64,000 nucleotides of DNA, from the NCBI RefSeq assembly GCF_963921235.1, contig NC_086097.1, forward strand, positions 245,708,001-245,772,000, written 5' to 3'. The DNA comes from Mobula hypostoma. Its lineage: Eukaryota. Shown in pieces: positions 49,581 through 62,190 of the stretch; within the stretch, counting starts at the first letter, position 1, and each line of letters starts with the position of its first letter. Both the position numbers and the translations under genes were made by a program. The notes under the pieces were generated by a model. That model ran no database searches. It had not been told where the DNA came from and was given only the letters and a program-made list of their open reading frames with translations.

Positions 49581-50857
49581 TACAAAATATGGAGGGTTAA
49601 CTAATACCTTTGAGGCTTCTGTAGGTCAGGGTCAACCATGGATGTGCATTCCAGCTGTCTAGATACGTAAGCCAGGGTGGTGCGATGTGAGAGCAAACTG
49701 TTGCCTGTGTAGCAAGCTCCCTCCCTCCAAGCATCTGATGAACCCAAAGGAATGGCAGAGACCAATGCAGTTTGGTACCAGCAGCATCACAGGAGTTGTC
49801 AGTCAGCGTCGAACTCAACGTAGGACTGCCTTAGGGAGTTCAGCTCCAGAATTTTCCCTCAGGCTTTTCTCCTTCCCCATGAGTGGGTATAGCTGCAAGG
49901 CAGTGGAGTTTTGAGATCAGAGTTTTCCTTCTCCTAGATGAGCTACTAACTATGGCTGAGGAGCCCAAAGTGACTGGTTTTAAGGTACCAATAACCCACC
50001 TTTGCCCCTTTTCCTGTCAGTAGAAACGGTTCTGCACAACTTAGTAGCCAAGCTACGGGTGAAGGCCAGGAGCTGGACTTGGTTGTCAGAGGCCATTTGA
50101 GATGCACGCCATTGGGAGCATTTAATAGGTAGTGGGATGTTGTCCCCACCACCACCTCCGGCTTTGACAACCTTAAAGAACCTTTTATAGATACACAGCA
50201 CAGTATTTGCTGAAAGATCTGCTTTGTATGCCTTTATCATTGAGAAAGTTCAATATGCTAGTCTGCAGTTTAATTATAATTCTACTGGTAATACGCTTTT
50301 GTCTCATGTTAAATTCATAATGTCTGCACTTTCCATCCAATTTATAAAAGGAAAAGGATACTCAGCCTACTTAATTAGGGTGGGAAGAAAATGGTTTGAA
50401 TTTAACTTTCATTTATTGTGAACAGGTAAACCTTGCTAATGTTACCCAGAAAATATTTTGAACCGTTCTTGATTCAGGTTTGTATTTGGGTGTAATGTGT
50501 TTTTCTGGGGCTCTTTTAATCTATCATCAATACATCAGCATCTCTCGATGCACAGCATGGTGACGTAGTGGTTAGCACAACGATTTATAGTGCTGGCGAC
50601 CCGGGTTCATTTCCCTTCGGTGCCTGTAAGGAGTTTGTATATTCCCCCCACAAATACGTGGGTTTCCTCCGGGTACTCTGGTTTCTTCCCACAGTCCAAG
50701 GACCTACTGGTTGGTCGTTTAATTGGTCATTGTAAATTGTCCCGTGATTTGGCTAGGATTAAATCAGGGGATTACTGGGAGGCACAGCTCAAAGGGCTGG
50801 AAAGGATGTTCCAAGCTGTATCTCAATAAAAAAAATCTGAGTGAAGTGAATATAATT

Positions 50858-51534
50858 TAGATTAGATTAGGTTATGAGGACACGCAGTCCTCTTTTATTG
50901 TCATTTAGTAATGCATGCATTAAGAAATGATACAATGTTCCTCCAGAATGATATCACAGAAACACAAGGCAAACCAAGACTGAAAAACTGACAAAAATCA
51001 CATAATTATAACATATAGTTACAACAGTGCAAAGCAATTTGATAAAGAACAGACCGTGGGCATGGTAAAAAAAAGTTTCAAAGTCTCTCGAAAGTCCCAT
51101 CATCTCACGCAGATGGTAAAAGGAAGAAAAACTCTCCCTGCCATGAGCTTCCAGCACCGCAAACTTGCCGATGCAGCATCCTGGAAGCACCTGACCACAG
51201 CCGACTCTTGAGTTCGTCTGAAAACTTCGAGCCTCCGACCAGCCCTCCGACACCAAGCACCGAGCACCATCTCTGCCGGGCACTTCGACCCCGGCCCCGG
51301 CAACAGGCAATAGGCAAAGCCGAGGATTTGGGGCCTTCCCCTCCGGAGATTCTCGATCGCACAGTAGCAGCGATAGCGAAGCAGGCATTTCAGTAGTTTC
51401 TCCAGATGTTCCTCCGTGCTTCCCACGTCTGTCTCCATCAAATCAGGATTGTGCACGGTACCTACTTACAAATACGATATCATTTCGGAGTGACCGCACA
51501 CGCTGCGTCGCGCCGCCATCTTCTCCTCCCCTCC
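50858..51534 (-). mobile_element. Non-autonomous ~650-bp retroelement (copy 3, most complete)
   Basis: Head GGAGGAGAAGATGGCGGCGCGACGCAGC; GC-rich body; 3' hairpin and (ATCTA)n tail. Confidence 0.8.
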
Positions 51535-51722
51535 TTAACGTAAGAACTATGAGCTAAAATAAAATGTGTGTTGATAATTCATAAAGAAGCCAGTGTTGGA
51601 ATCACTGGACAGTATTTGGGTTTTGGCTGTTGGAACTATAGTTGGACAAACAACACTTATGTTTTATTTTCACTTGCCAATCATTTAGTACTTATACAAA
51701 ACTAGGTTTTGTCATTTTTTTA

Positions 51723-52795
51723 TAATAGACAATAGGTGTAGGAGTAGGCCATTCGGCCCTTCGAGCCAGCACCGCCATTCACTGTGATCATGGCTGATCA
51801 TCCACAATCAGTACCCTGTTCCTGCCCTCTCCCCATATCCCTTGACTTCACTATCTTTAAGAGCTCTATCTAACTCTTTCTTGAAAGCATCCAGAGAATT
51901 GGCCTTCACTGCCTTCTGAGGCAGAGCATTCCACAGATCCACAACTCTCTGGGTGAAAGAGTTTTTCCTCAACTCCGTTCTAAATTGTCTACCCTTTATT
52001 CTTAAACTGTGGCCTCTGGTTCTGGACTCCCCCAACATCGGGAACATGTTTCCTGCCTCCAGTGTGTCCAATCCCTTAATAATCTTATCTGTTTCAATCA
52101 GATCCCCTCTCATCCTTCTAAATTCCAGTGTATGCAAGCCCAGTCGCTCCAATCTTTCAACATATGACAGTCCCACCATCCCAGGTATTAACCCTGTGAA
52201 CCTACGCTGCACTCCCTCAATAGCAAGAACGTCCTTCCTCAAATTTGGAGACCAAAACTGTACACAATACTCCAGGTGTGGTCTCACCAGGGCCCTGTAC
52301 AACTGCAGAAGAACCTCTTTGCTCCTATACTCAATTCCCCTTGTTATGAAGGCCAGCATGCCATTAGCTTTCTTCACTGTCTGCTGTACCTGCATGCTTA
52401 CTTTCAGTGACTGATGAACAAGGACACCGAGATCCCCTTTTCCTAACTTGACACCATTCAGATAGTAATCTGCCTTCCTATTCTTGCCACCAAAGTGAAT
52501 AACCTCACATTTATCCACATTAAACTGCATCTGCCCATTCACCCAACCTGTCCAAGTCACCCTGCATTCTCATAACATCCTGCTCACATTTCACACTGCC
52601 ACCCAGCTTTGTGTCATTTGCAAATTTGCTAATGTTACTTTTAATCCCTTCGTTTAAATCATTAATGTATATTGTAAATAGCTGCAGTCCCAGCACCAAG
52701 CCTTGCAGTACCCTACTAGTCACTGTCTGCCATTCTGAAGGAACCTGTTAATCCCCACTCTTTGTTTCCTGCCTGCCAACCAATTTTCTATCCAT
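51723..52795 (-). mobile_element. CR1-type LINE 3' part (sister subfamily)
   Basis: ORFs 52520-52723 and 51808-52560: QLFTIYINDL, KFANDTK, LVRPHLEYCVQFWSP; ctattgtctatt tail. Confidence 0.9.
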
Positions 52796-53167
52796 TTTAA
52801 AGAAGGATGATCTTAAAGAAGGAATCTGACATGAGCAACATTACACAGCTGTCCTCCCCTCAGCACCTCACCCTGTCATGAACACTGCCTCGCTACTTTT
52901 GCCCGCATTCTGCACTGCCATTGACTTCATTTTTTAATTTAATTTAAATACTCATTCTCCTGTCTTCTCCCCATAACCTTTGATATCCTGGCTAATCAAG
53001 AATTTATCAACCCCCACTTTAAATATACTGAATGACTTGGCCTCTACAGCTGTCTGTGGTAATGAATCCCACAAATTAACCACTCACTGGTTAAAGAAAT
53101 TCTTGCAACATACATCAATGTTGCTGGTGGACGCAGCAGGCCAGGCAGCATCTCTAGGAAGAGGTAC

Positions 53168-53203
53168 AGTTGACGTTTCAAGCTGAGACCCTTCGTCAGG
53201 ACT
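53168..53203 (-). ncRNA. Minimal hammerhead ribozyme motif (weakened stems)
   Basis: Minus strand agtc-CTGACGA-agggtctcagctt-GAAAC-GTC-aact. Confidence 0.6.
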
Positions 53204-53497
53204 AACTGAAGGAAGAGCTAGTAAGAGATTTGAAAGTGGGAGGGGGAGGGGGAGATCCAAAGTGATAAGAGAAGACAGGAGGGGGAGGGGTGGAGCAAAG
53301 AGCTGGACAGGTGATAGGCAAAAGGGATACGAGAGGATCATGGGACAGGAGGTCTGGGAAGAAAGACAAGGGGTGGGGGAACCCAGAGGATGGGCAAGGG
53401 GTATAGTCAGAGGGACAGAAGGAGAAAAAGGAGAGTGAGAGAAAGAATGTGTGTATAAAAATAAATAACAGATGGGCTCCGAGGGGGAGGTGGGGCA

Positions 53498-55868
53498 TTA
53501 GCGGAAGTTAGAGAAGTCGATATTCATGCCATCAGGTTGGAGGCTACCCAGACGGAATATAAGGTGTTGTTCCTCCAACCTGAGTGTGGCTTCATCTTTA
53601 CAGTAGAGGAGGTCGGGATAGACATGTCAGAATGGGAATGGGATTGGGATGTGGAATTAAAATGAGTGGCCACTGGGAGATCCTGCTTTCTCTGGCGGAC
53701 AGAGCGTATGTGTTCAGCAAAGCAGTCTCCCAGTCTGCGTCGGGTCTCGCCAATATATAAAAGGCCACGTCGGGAGCACCGGACGCAGTATATCACCCCA
53801 GCCGACTCACAGGTGAAGTGTCGCCTCACCTGGAAGGACTGTCTGGGGCCCTGAATGGTGGTAAGGGAGGAAGTGTAAGGGCATGTGTAGCACTTGTTCT
53901 GCTTACACGGATAAGTACCAGGAGGGAGATCAGTGGAGAGGGATGGGGGGGACGAATGGACAAGGGAGTCGCATAAGGAGCGATCCCTGCGGAGAGCAGA
54001 GAGAGGGGGGGAGGGAAAGATGTGCTTAGTGGTGGGATCCCGTTGGAGGTGGCGGAAGTTACGGAGAATAATATGTTGGACCCGGAGGCTGGTGGGGTGG
54101 TAGGTAAGGACCAGGGGAACCCTATTCCTAGTGGGGTGGCGGGAGGATGGAGTGAGAGCAGATGTACGTGAAATGGGGGAGATGCGTTTAAGAGCAGAGT
54201 TGATAGTGGAGGAAGGGAAGCCCCTTTCTTTAAAAAAGGAGGACATCTCCCTCGTCCTAGAATGAAAAGCCTCATCCTGAGAGCAGATGTGGCGGAGACG
54301 GAGGAATTGCGAGAAGGGGATGGCATTTTTGCAAGAGACAGGGTGAGAAGAGGAATAGTCCAGATAGCTGTGAGAGTCAGTAGGCTTATAGTAGACATCA
54401 GTGGATAAGCTGTTTCCAGAGAAAGAGACAGAAAGATCTAGAAAGGGGAGGGAGGTGTCAGAAATGGACCAGGTAAACTTGAGAGCTGGGTGAAAGTTGG
54501 AGGCAAAGTTAATAAAGTCAACGAGCTCTGCATGCGTGCAGGAAGCAGCGCCAATGCAGTCGTCGATGTAGCGAAGGAAAAGTGGGGGACAGATACCAGA
54601 ATAGGCACGGAACATAGATTTTTCCACAAAGCCAACAAAAAGGCAGGCATAGCTAGGACCCATACGGGTGCCCATAGCTACACCTTTAGTTTGGAGGAAG
54701 TGGGAGGAGCCAAAGGAGAAATTATTAAGAGTAAGGACTAATTCTGCTAGATGGAGCAGAGTGGTGGTAGAGGGGAACTGATTAGGTCTGGAATCCAAAA
54801 AGAAGCGTAGAGCTTTGAGACCTTCCTGATGGGGGATGGAAGTATATAGGGACTGGACATCCATGGTGAAAATAAAGCGGTGGGGGCCAGGGAACTTAAA
54901 ATCATCGAAAAGTTTAAGAGCGCGAGAAGTGTCACGAACATAGGTCGGAAAGGATTGAACAAGGGGGGATAAAACCGTGTCGAGGTATGCAGAAACGAGT
55001 TCGGTGGGGCAGGAGCAAGCTGAGACAATAGGTCGGCCAGGACAGGCAGGTTTGTGGATCTTGGGTAGGAGGTAGAAACGGGAAGTGCGGGGTGTGGGAA
55101 CTATAAGGTTGGTAGCAGTGGTTGGGAGATTCCCTGAGCGGATAAAGTCGGTTATGGTGTGGGAGACAATGGCCTGGTGCTCCTTAGTGGGGTCACGATC
55201 GAGGGGTAAATAACAGGAGGTATCTGCGAGTTGTCGCTGTGCCTGGGCAAGGTAGAGGTCAGTACGCCAGACTACAACAGCACCCCCCTTATCGGCGGTT
55301 TAATAATAAGGTTAGGATTAGTGCGGAGGGAGTGGAGAACAGAGCGTTCCGAAGGAGTGAGGTTGGAATGGGGACAAGGTGCGGTGCAGTTGAGACGGTT
55401 GATGTCCCATTGGCAGTTAGTGATAAAGAGATCCAGAGCAGGCAGAAGACCAGAGCAGGGTGTCCATGAAGAAGAGGAGGGTTGAAGACGGGAGAAGGGG
55501 TCATTGGTGGGGGTGGAAGAGCCCTTGCTGAAGAAGTAGGCTCGGAGACGGAGACGGCGGAAGAAGAGTTCCGCATCATGGCGAACACGGGACTCGCTGA
55601 GGTGTGGGCGAAGGGGGACAAAGGTGAGGCCCTTACTGAGGACAGAGCGTTCTGCCTCCGACAGTTGAAGGTCGGAGGGGATGGTAAAGACCCGGCACGG
55701 ATGAGAGCTGGGATCAGAGGGGGGAGGGGGGAGGCTGGGGGTGTCAATGGAGAGGGGAGGGTTGGGGTGAGAGGAAGATGGAGCCTCTGAGTACCCAGGA
55801 GCTGACGATGGGATCTGAAGGAGACGGGATTGCAGAGTATTGGTGGGGGAAGGGGAGACGGGAGTCAC
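53498..55868 (-). pseudogene. PLE reverse transcriptase / GIY-YIG endonuclease, two apparent frameshifts
   Basis: VLSKGLTFVP, IIKP(A/DKGG, frameshift ~55295), YLLPKIHK…RPIVS, MDVQSLYTSIP, GVAMGTRMGPSYA, RYIDD, PFLD, VYYKPT, VIYCVRC…YIGET; C-terminal frameshift ~53615. Confidence 0.88.
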
Positions 55869-56807
55869 AATAGCAGCACATAAAGACCCGGCCTGGAGTT
55901 CAAGGCTGGAGTCACAGTTGGTGGTTGCGCAATCACTTTGAACGTGTCCATGGTCGTTGCTGGAGTCCGGGTTTTGAATATACCCTGAGGTGTTGGAGTT
56001 GGCGAGATTAATGGCAGAGGCAATCTGAAGTTCATGCCTGCTAGTTTCATGGCCAGCAGGCTCTGGAGAATTCTTCCTCGTTTCCGTTCTAAAGGGACAT
56101 TCCTTCTGTTCTGAGGTCCTAGGCTATAGGAAACATCCTCTCCATGTTCACTCTATCTAGTTCTTTCTGACTGCTTTCCCCTTCCTTTCCAGTCCTGATG
56201 AAGGGTCTCAGTCTGAAGTGTCGACCGTTCTTTAATTTCCATAGATGCTGCCTTTCCTGCTGAGCTCCTCCAGCACTTTGTGTGTATGTTGCTGTGGATT
56301 TCCAGCATCTGCAGACTTTCTCGTGTTTAGGTCTTTCAATATTTGCATGATTTCAATGAGATTCTCCCTCTTTCTTCTAAGCGGCAGCAAGAACAGGCTC
56401 CTCATACACTACCCCTTTCAATCCCTCTCAAAACTCTTAGTTTGCTCTCTTTTTGCACAAGTAACTTCTTAAAATATTTATTTCTTATTGTAACTTATGG
56501 TATATTTATGTCTTGCACTGTACTGCTGCAAAATAACAAATTTCACGATGTGTCAGTGATACAAACCTGATTCTGATACATTCTTATAGACGGGGGTTAA
56601 GAACCTTTAATCAACTCTTCTGGAATGTTGGTTGGTCTCTGCCACCTGTCAATCTTACTTATCTTGAGTTTTCTGACTTCATTAGTGATGAGAGATATAG
56701 AGATAGGAATTAGGTAATGAAGATGAAAATTTATCTGAACGTGCGCCTACTCTTCACTGATTAGAGCTGGATTGAACGTTTACGGGCTTCATTTACTGCT
56801 GGTTATA

Positions 56808-57607
56808 CACTCAGAGGTCACTTTATTAGGTACACCTGTACACCTGCTCATTAATGCAAATATCTAATCAGCCAATTATATGTAATGTATAAAAGCATGC
56901 AGACATTATCAAGAGGTTCAGTTGTTCTTCAGACCAAACAGCAGAATGGGGACGAAATGTGACCTAAATGACTTTGACCGTGGAATGAATGTTGGTGCCA
57001 GACGGCATGGTCTGAGTATCTCAGAAACTGCTGATCTCTGGGATTTTAATGCAAAACAGTCTCCAGAGTTTACAGAGAATGGTGCGAAAAACAAAAAAAA
57101 AACATCCAGTGAGCAGCAGTTCTGTGGGTGAAAATGCCTTGTTAATGAGGGAGGTCAAAGGAGAATGGCCAGACTGGTTCAAGCTGACAGGACAGTTGAT
57201 GCACTATCAATTACTCCAAAAGACTGGAAGTAGAATAAATACTGAAAGGCTTTTATTAACAGTAAATGGTCCAATGTCCATGCTGAATATCTGCCCCGGA
57301 CTGAGAGGAGGAGCAATGGCACAATCGCCTTTATTCAGGGATCTGTGGGAGGAGCCACAGGAGCAGGCAGCAGAGGGGCATGTCCAGACAGGTAACCTAG
57401 TTACAGCATATATATATGGTTTACCACAACAGTGACAGTAACTCAAATAACCATGCCTTACAACAGTGGTGTGCGGAGAAGCATCTGTGAATGTCCAGCA
57501 CGTCAAACCTAGAAGCTGATGGGCCTCAGCAGTGGAAGACCACGAACATATACTCAGGGGCCATTTTATTAGGTAGAGGAGGTACCTAACACAGTGGCCA
57601 CTGGCTG
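56808..57607 (+). mobile_element. Internally deleted Tc1-like transposon (copy 2) with nested solo LTR
   Basis: TA-flanked TIRs; MGTKCDLNDFDRGMNVGARRHGLSISETADL is the Tc1 N-terminal HTH region. Confidence 0.8.
57197..57428 (-). mobile_element. Solo LTR (232 bp)
   Basis: Minus strand TGTGGTAAAC…AATAAA…GTGCATCA; 5-bp TSD ACAGT at 57192-57196 and 57429-57433; interrupts Tc1 sequence that is continuous in the other copies. Confidence 0.8.
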
Positions 57608-58239
57608 TACAACATGGTTAAGTTGTTACCCTGGTCAGATTGGTTATTTCAACAAGTATAAAAGTAATTTTGGCCACTTTTGAGCATCTTGAGCGGCTAA
57701 TTATTACACAAGTGTAAATGTAATTCTGGCCGTCGTGGACCTGTTCCATTTTGAGCGGCTAATGGTAGCCACAAACTGTGAAACTTAATTCCAATTTGAG
57801 ATTTCTCAACTTCTGCTTCCTATTCAGTCAACTTTTGTTCTGAAGGTATCCTTATTCCTGGGTGAGGAATGAACCACTGTCTCTCCGGTTGTGGGGAATT
57901 AATGATGTGAATGTCTAAGCAGCCGTCAGATTCATAAATCACGAGAAATGAGAGGGGCAATACATAGAAGCCTTTTCTTTTTGTTTAGCAATTTATCATT
58001 TTGCGTGCACATTAATAAACAGGGTTCCCCTGAGGTAAGGTGGTGGAAGATAAATTCTTCTTTCTAATTTTCCTCAATTGTAGCCAGTAGATCACAGGTG
58101 AGGAGTAAGCTGCTTATCAGAGAGAGAGTCATTTTTTTCTGTGCATCTTTCTACACATTAGTTGGGCATGATGAATAAATGGACATTTTGAACATGAAAT
58201 GCTACATGCTCCTCTGCTCTTTTTTTATTAATTCAACAG

Positions 58240-58441
58240 GCTCCCGCTTCCCCAGTCCAAGGCTGTCAGCCAGGCCGAGCCGAAAGCGCACCCTGTCTAT
58301 ATCCCCGTTGTCCGATCCCAGCTTCGACCTTCAGACGATGATACGGACTTCGCCCAGTTCCTTGGTCACCATCCTCAATAACTCCCGCAGCAGTTCCTCT
58401 ACCAGCGGCTCCTACGGTCACTTGTCTGCTGGTGCAATAAG
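58240..58441 (+). CDS. GLI3: GLI3 internal coding exon (equivalent to human exon 7) containing the SUFU-binding SYGHL motif
   Basis: ttcaacAG acceptor (58238-58239); GTAAAA donor at 58442. 202 nt reading [72 protein letters not shown] at 58410-58424. [12 protein letters not shown] and VTILNN are GLI3-diagnostic. Confidence 0.95.
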
Positions 58442-59029
58442 GTAAAAAGGTGTTGAATCGCGATGTACTTTTCTTGTAGTTCAACTTTCCTATGCTTGCT
58501 TGTACTTTTATATAATCACCCCTACTCAGTGGATCCCCATTAATCGGGACACATCGGGACCAGTACGATTTGGCCCACTTACATGACTGTCCCAATTGGC
58601 CGAAGTTTCGTGGAAATAGTTAAAACATGTCGAACCTTCAAGTGGATGGGCAGCAGCAGCAGAAGACCACACCAGGTTCCCCTCCTGTACCTAATGAAGT
58701 AGACACAGAACATATATTGTGGATTATTTTTAAATTCGGAATTTAAGTCCTTTTCTGTTTGTCTCACTTTCTGTATTACATGCCTAAAGAGGGCTTGGTC
58801 ATGAATTGCTAACTACAACCAACTGATGCTGGGCTTAGACAGGGCAAAGTTCACTGCTAAAGAAGACCTTTATAATTTAGATACTCATCTTACACCTGAG
58901 AGATGTTTGCAGCTTCAATTCTTTCAGTGCTAAGATCTTGTTCGATGAACAAGGCCGGGTTTAATGTCACTGTTAATGCTGTGACTGAATCATTCAGCGG
59001 TTACTTTTGCGTGTTAGTTTGTGAAATAC

Positions 59030-59610
59030 AGGATATGAATGCAAGGATGTAATGCTGTGTCTTCATATGGCATTGGGTCAGACCACACTTGGAGTATTGT
59101 GAGCAGTTGTGGGCCGATGTGCTGGCAGTGGAGAGGGTCCAGAGGAGGTTCATGAGAATGATCCCAGGAATGAAAGGGTTAACATATGAGGAGCGTTTGA
59201 TGGCTGTGGGTCTGTAATTGCTGGAGTTTAAAAGAATGAGGGGGAGATCACATTGAAACCTATCGAATAACGAAAGGCCGAGATAGAGTGGACGTGGAGA
59301 GAATGCTTCCTATAGTGGTGTGGGGGTGGGGGCACAGCCTCTAATTGGAGGCACGCCTCTTTAGAACAGAGCTGAGGATGAATTTCTTTAGCTAGAGGGT
59401 GTTGAATCTGTGGAATTCGTTGCCACAGAAGGCTGTGGAGACCAAGTCATTTGATATATTTAAAGTGGGGTTGATAGGTTCTTGATTGCTAAGGGCATGA
59501 AAGGGAGATTGCTGGAGAACAGGGTTGAGAGAGATAATAAATCAGCTGTGATGGAACGGTGTAGCAGACTCAATGGGCCAAATGGCCCAATTCTGCTCCC
59601 ATGTCTTATA
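59030..59610 (+). mobile_element. CR1-type LINE 3' fragment (many similar short CR1 3' ends, e.g. ~13040-13570, 14865-15790, 17350-18105, 23290-23985, 39170-39945, 42120-42690, 45883-46870, 63280-63645)
   Basis: cagaccacacttggagtattgtgagcag…ctttagaacagag…CR1 3' UTR. Confidence 0.75.
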
Positions 59611-59916
59611 GTCAAAATGTTACTATTAATGCTGAGACCGAATACATCAAACTGGAGGGAAATCGTACCACAATAATTCACGAGGACTTTACCTTCCTCC
59701 TTTTTGTCTGCTGTGATGTTTCTTTCGACTCAAGGATCAAGGATCGGGGATCAAGCTTATTCACCACATAGATTTAAAATGTACAGTATTAGGAATTTGC
59801 TGTGGTGTGCTTGTCAAGGTGTGACTTGTAATGAAAAACAACAAAGTTCAGAATTATCAAGAAACAAGTGTTTACAGTGCAGTGACAGGGTAGTAGATAG
59901 AAGGGGATAGGGGGTC

Positions 59917-60622
59917 TGTAATGTTTTTTAACTCCAAAACATAAAACTAATTGAAAAGAAAAACAAGGGAACCAGGGAGATGCAGGTACGTTACTATCGT
60001 TTTTACTTCAAGCGACATGCACATGTATGACGCGGTGACGTGATGACGTATGCCATTCACGTACTTATTCATATAACCCGGAATGAATTATTTAAACAGC
60101 AAAGAATGCATAATCAAACAATTTATTTACAATATTGTACAAGTATTACTGAAATATCAAATACACAAAAGTCTAACCAGAATGGTTGATCAGATTAACT
60201 GCCTGGCCGAAGAAAGTTCTGAGATGGCATGAAGTTTTTGTTTTAATAGCCCTATAGAACAGGGGTCCCCAACCTTTTTTATGCCATGGACCAATACAAA
60301 TAAGCAGGTCCATGGACCCTGTCATGTTTTGTAACTTCAAAACACCAATCTAATTCAAAGGAAGACAAGGGAGTCCGAAAATGTGGGTCTAACTTCATGC
60401 TTTCTTTAAGTGAGGCACATGCTTATCACGTGGAAGCATGATGCTGTATGCAATTTACATATTTAAACATTTAATCTCTAAGGAATTACTTAAATGAACA
60501 AAAATGCTTAATCAACCTATATATATATATATATATATATAACATAAATTAAAATAAAAATTATATATATACACACACATGCAAGTTTACTCAAATATGA
60601 CTGAAATATTAATTGCACAACA
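59917..60622. mobile_element. Two related LTR-like repeats (59917-60170 and 60320-60622), the second nested in a hAT MITE
   Basis: Both start TGT(A/C)ATGTTTT…AAC and end …CACAA(C)A; the second has an imperfect 5-bp flank GACCC/GACAC. Confidence 0.5.
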
Positions 60623-62190
60623 GACACCAGGTTGGGATCTCCTGCTACAGCGTGTTCCAGAAGGGAGCATTTGGAAAAGGCAGTTTGCGGGGTGGTTAGT
60701 GTCTAATGATTTTTCCTGCCCGCTTCCTTGTATTCCTTGTATTTTGTTGTTGGTGCATTAGTTTGAGTGTAAGGTGGCTTGTTAGAGAATGATGTAAAGC
60801 TCTGTTCATCTCAACTGTGGATACAACATTGAAGGTGGTGCTCTGTATATCTCTCAAGCTCATGGTACGGCCAGCAATAGCTCAAATTTCAGCATCCCAA
60901 AGGGGTAGCAAGTATTTGTGTTGCAGCAGTTAAGTCAGGGAGTTCTGTTGAGTTTTATAGAAAATATTTAAAATTATTCTGATTTGACGAACAGGGATGC
61001 ATAATTTATCAGTGTTCTGAGGAAAGTTGTGTGCATTAAGCAAATGCTGTTGACTCTTTGATGCCCAGTTGGTTGTCCCTTTGGAATAATATTGTGCGAG
61101 CGGACTGAGGGAAAACTGAGGCCAGGAATTTGAAATACCATTGCTGAATCAGAATTTAATTATTCATGCAGAACTTTAAACTTGAGAGCAGATTATATTA
61201 TCTCTTCAATTTGAGAGAGAGCGTATAGAACGTGGGACGTTACAGCATAGGACAGGCCCTTCCCACAATGTTGTGCTGACCTTTTAACCTAGTCACAATC
61301 AGTCTAACCCTTCTCTCCTACATAGTCATCCTCTTGCCTCTCTGATTACTGCCTGTTATGCCGCTGGTGTTCAGCACAGCAAGGAAGTCCTCCATCTCCG
61401 TTTGTCCGTACCATCACACACAGATGCAGAAGGATTCCTCATTGCTGTTTCCGTAACAATCTTTTGTTTTACCATTCAGGATGGATAGCCCTGAGCTGGA
61501 CCTCCAAATCTGGAGGACCAGTGGACCTTCAATGTTGTATCCACACTTGAGATGAACAGAGCTTTACATCATTCTCTACCCTTTGAGCTGTTTGGCACAG
61601 GTGACCCTACCAAGAGCCAAAGCACAAGGCCCGGACCAGCCGGCATAGCTCTCTGGGTCATTGAGGCACGCACACCTCCAAGCACTACGACAAGGTTGTG
61701 ATCCTCTTAAAGGATCTGCCTATCTAAGAGTCTCTTAAATGTCTGTAATGTATTTGCCTCCACCACTACCCCTGGCAGAGCATTCTACATGCCCATTGTT
61801 CACTGAGTAAAAAAACACTTCTGAAATCCCTCGCCCCCCTATAATTTCCTCCAATAACCTTAAAATAATGCCCCCTCATATTAGGCACTTCAGCCCTGGG
61901 AAAAAGTCTCTGCCTGTCCACTCAATTTATGCCTCTATTCCGCACCTTTGCTCCTAAAGTTCTTTCCTATTGTGAGTTGTCTGGCTGAAGAGTGCACATA
62001 AATGATAGCTCGTTGAGGAAAATTCCAGAAATTGTAATGTAACTCGCAGCTCAATCAGAAGAGCAAACAGTTGTGACTTTGCGTAGAGATAGCAGCTAAC
62101 TCCATGATAAAACTTTGAACTTTGAACTTCAAACGTGAGTGCATTGTCCTCACTGTCTGGAATGATCAGACGAATGTGTGAATGAAAATC

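Larger units (their letters stand above)
53105..56068 (-). mobile_element. Penelope-like (GIY-YIG) retroelement, ~3 kb, inserted in a CR1 fragment
   Basis: RT plus GIY-YIG coding region and hammerhead-bearing 3' end; AATTCTT repeat at 53098-53104 and 56069-56075. Confidence 0.92.
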
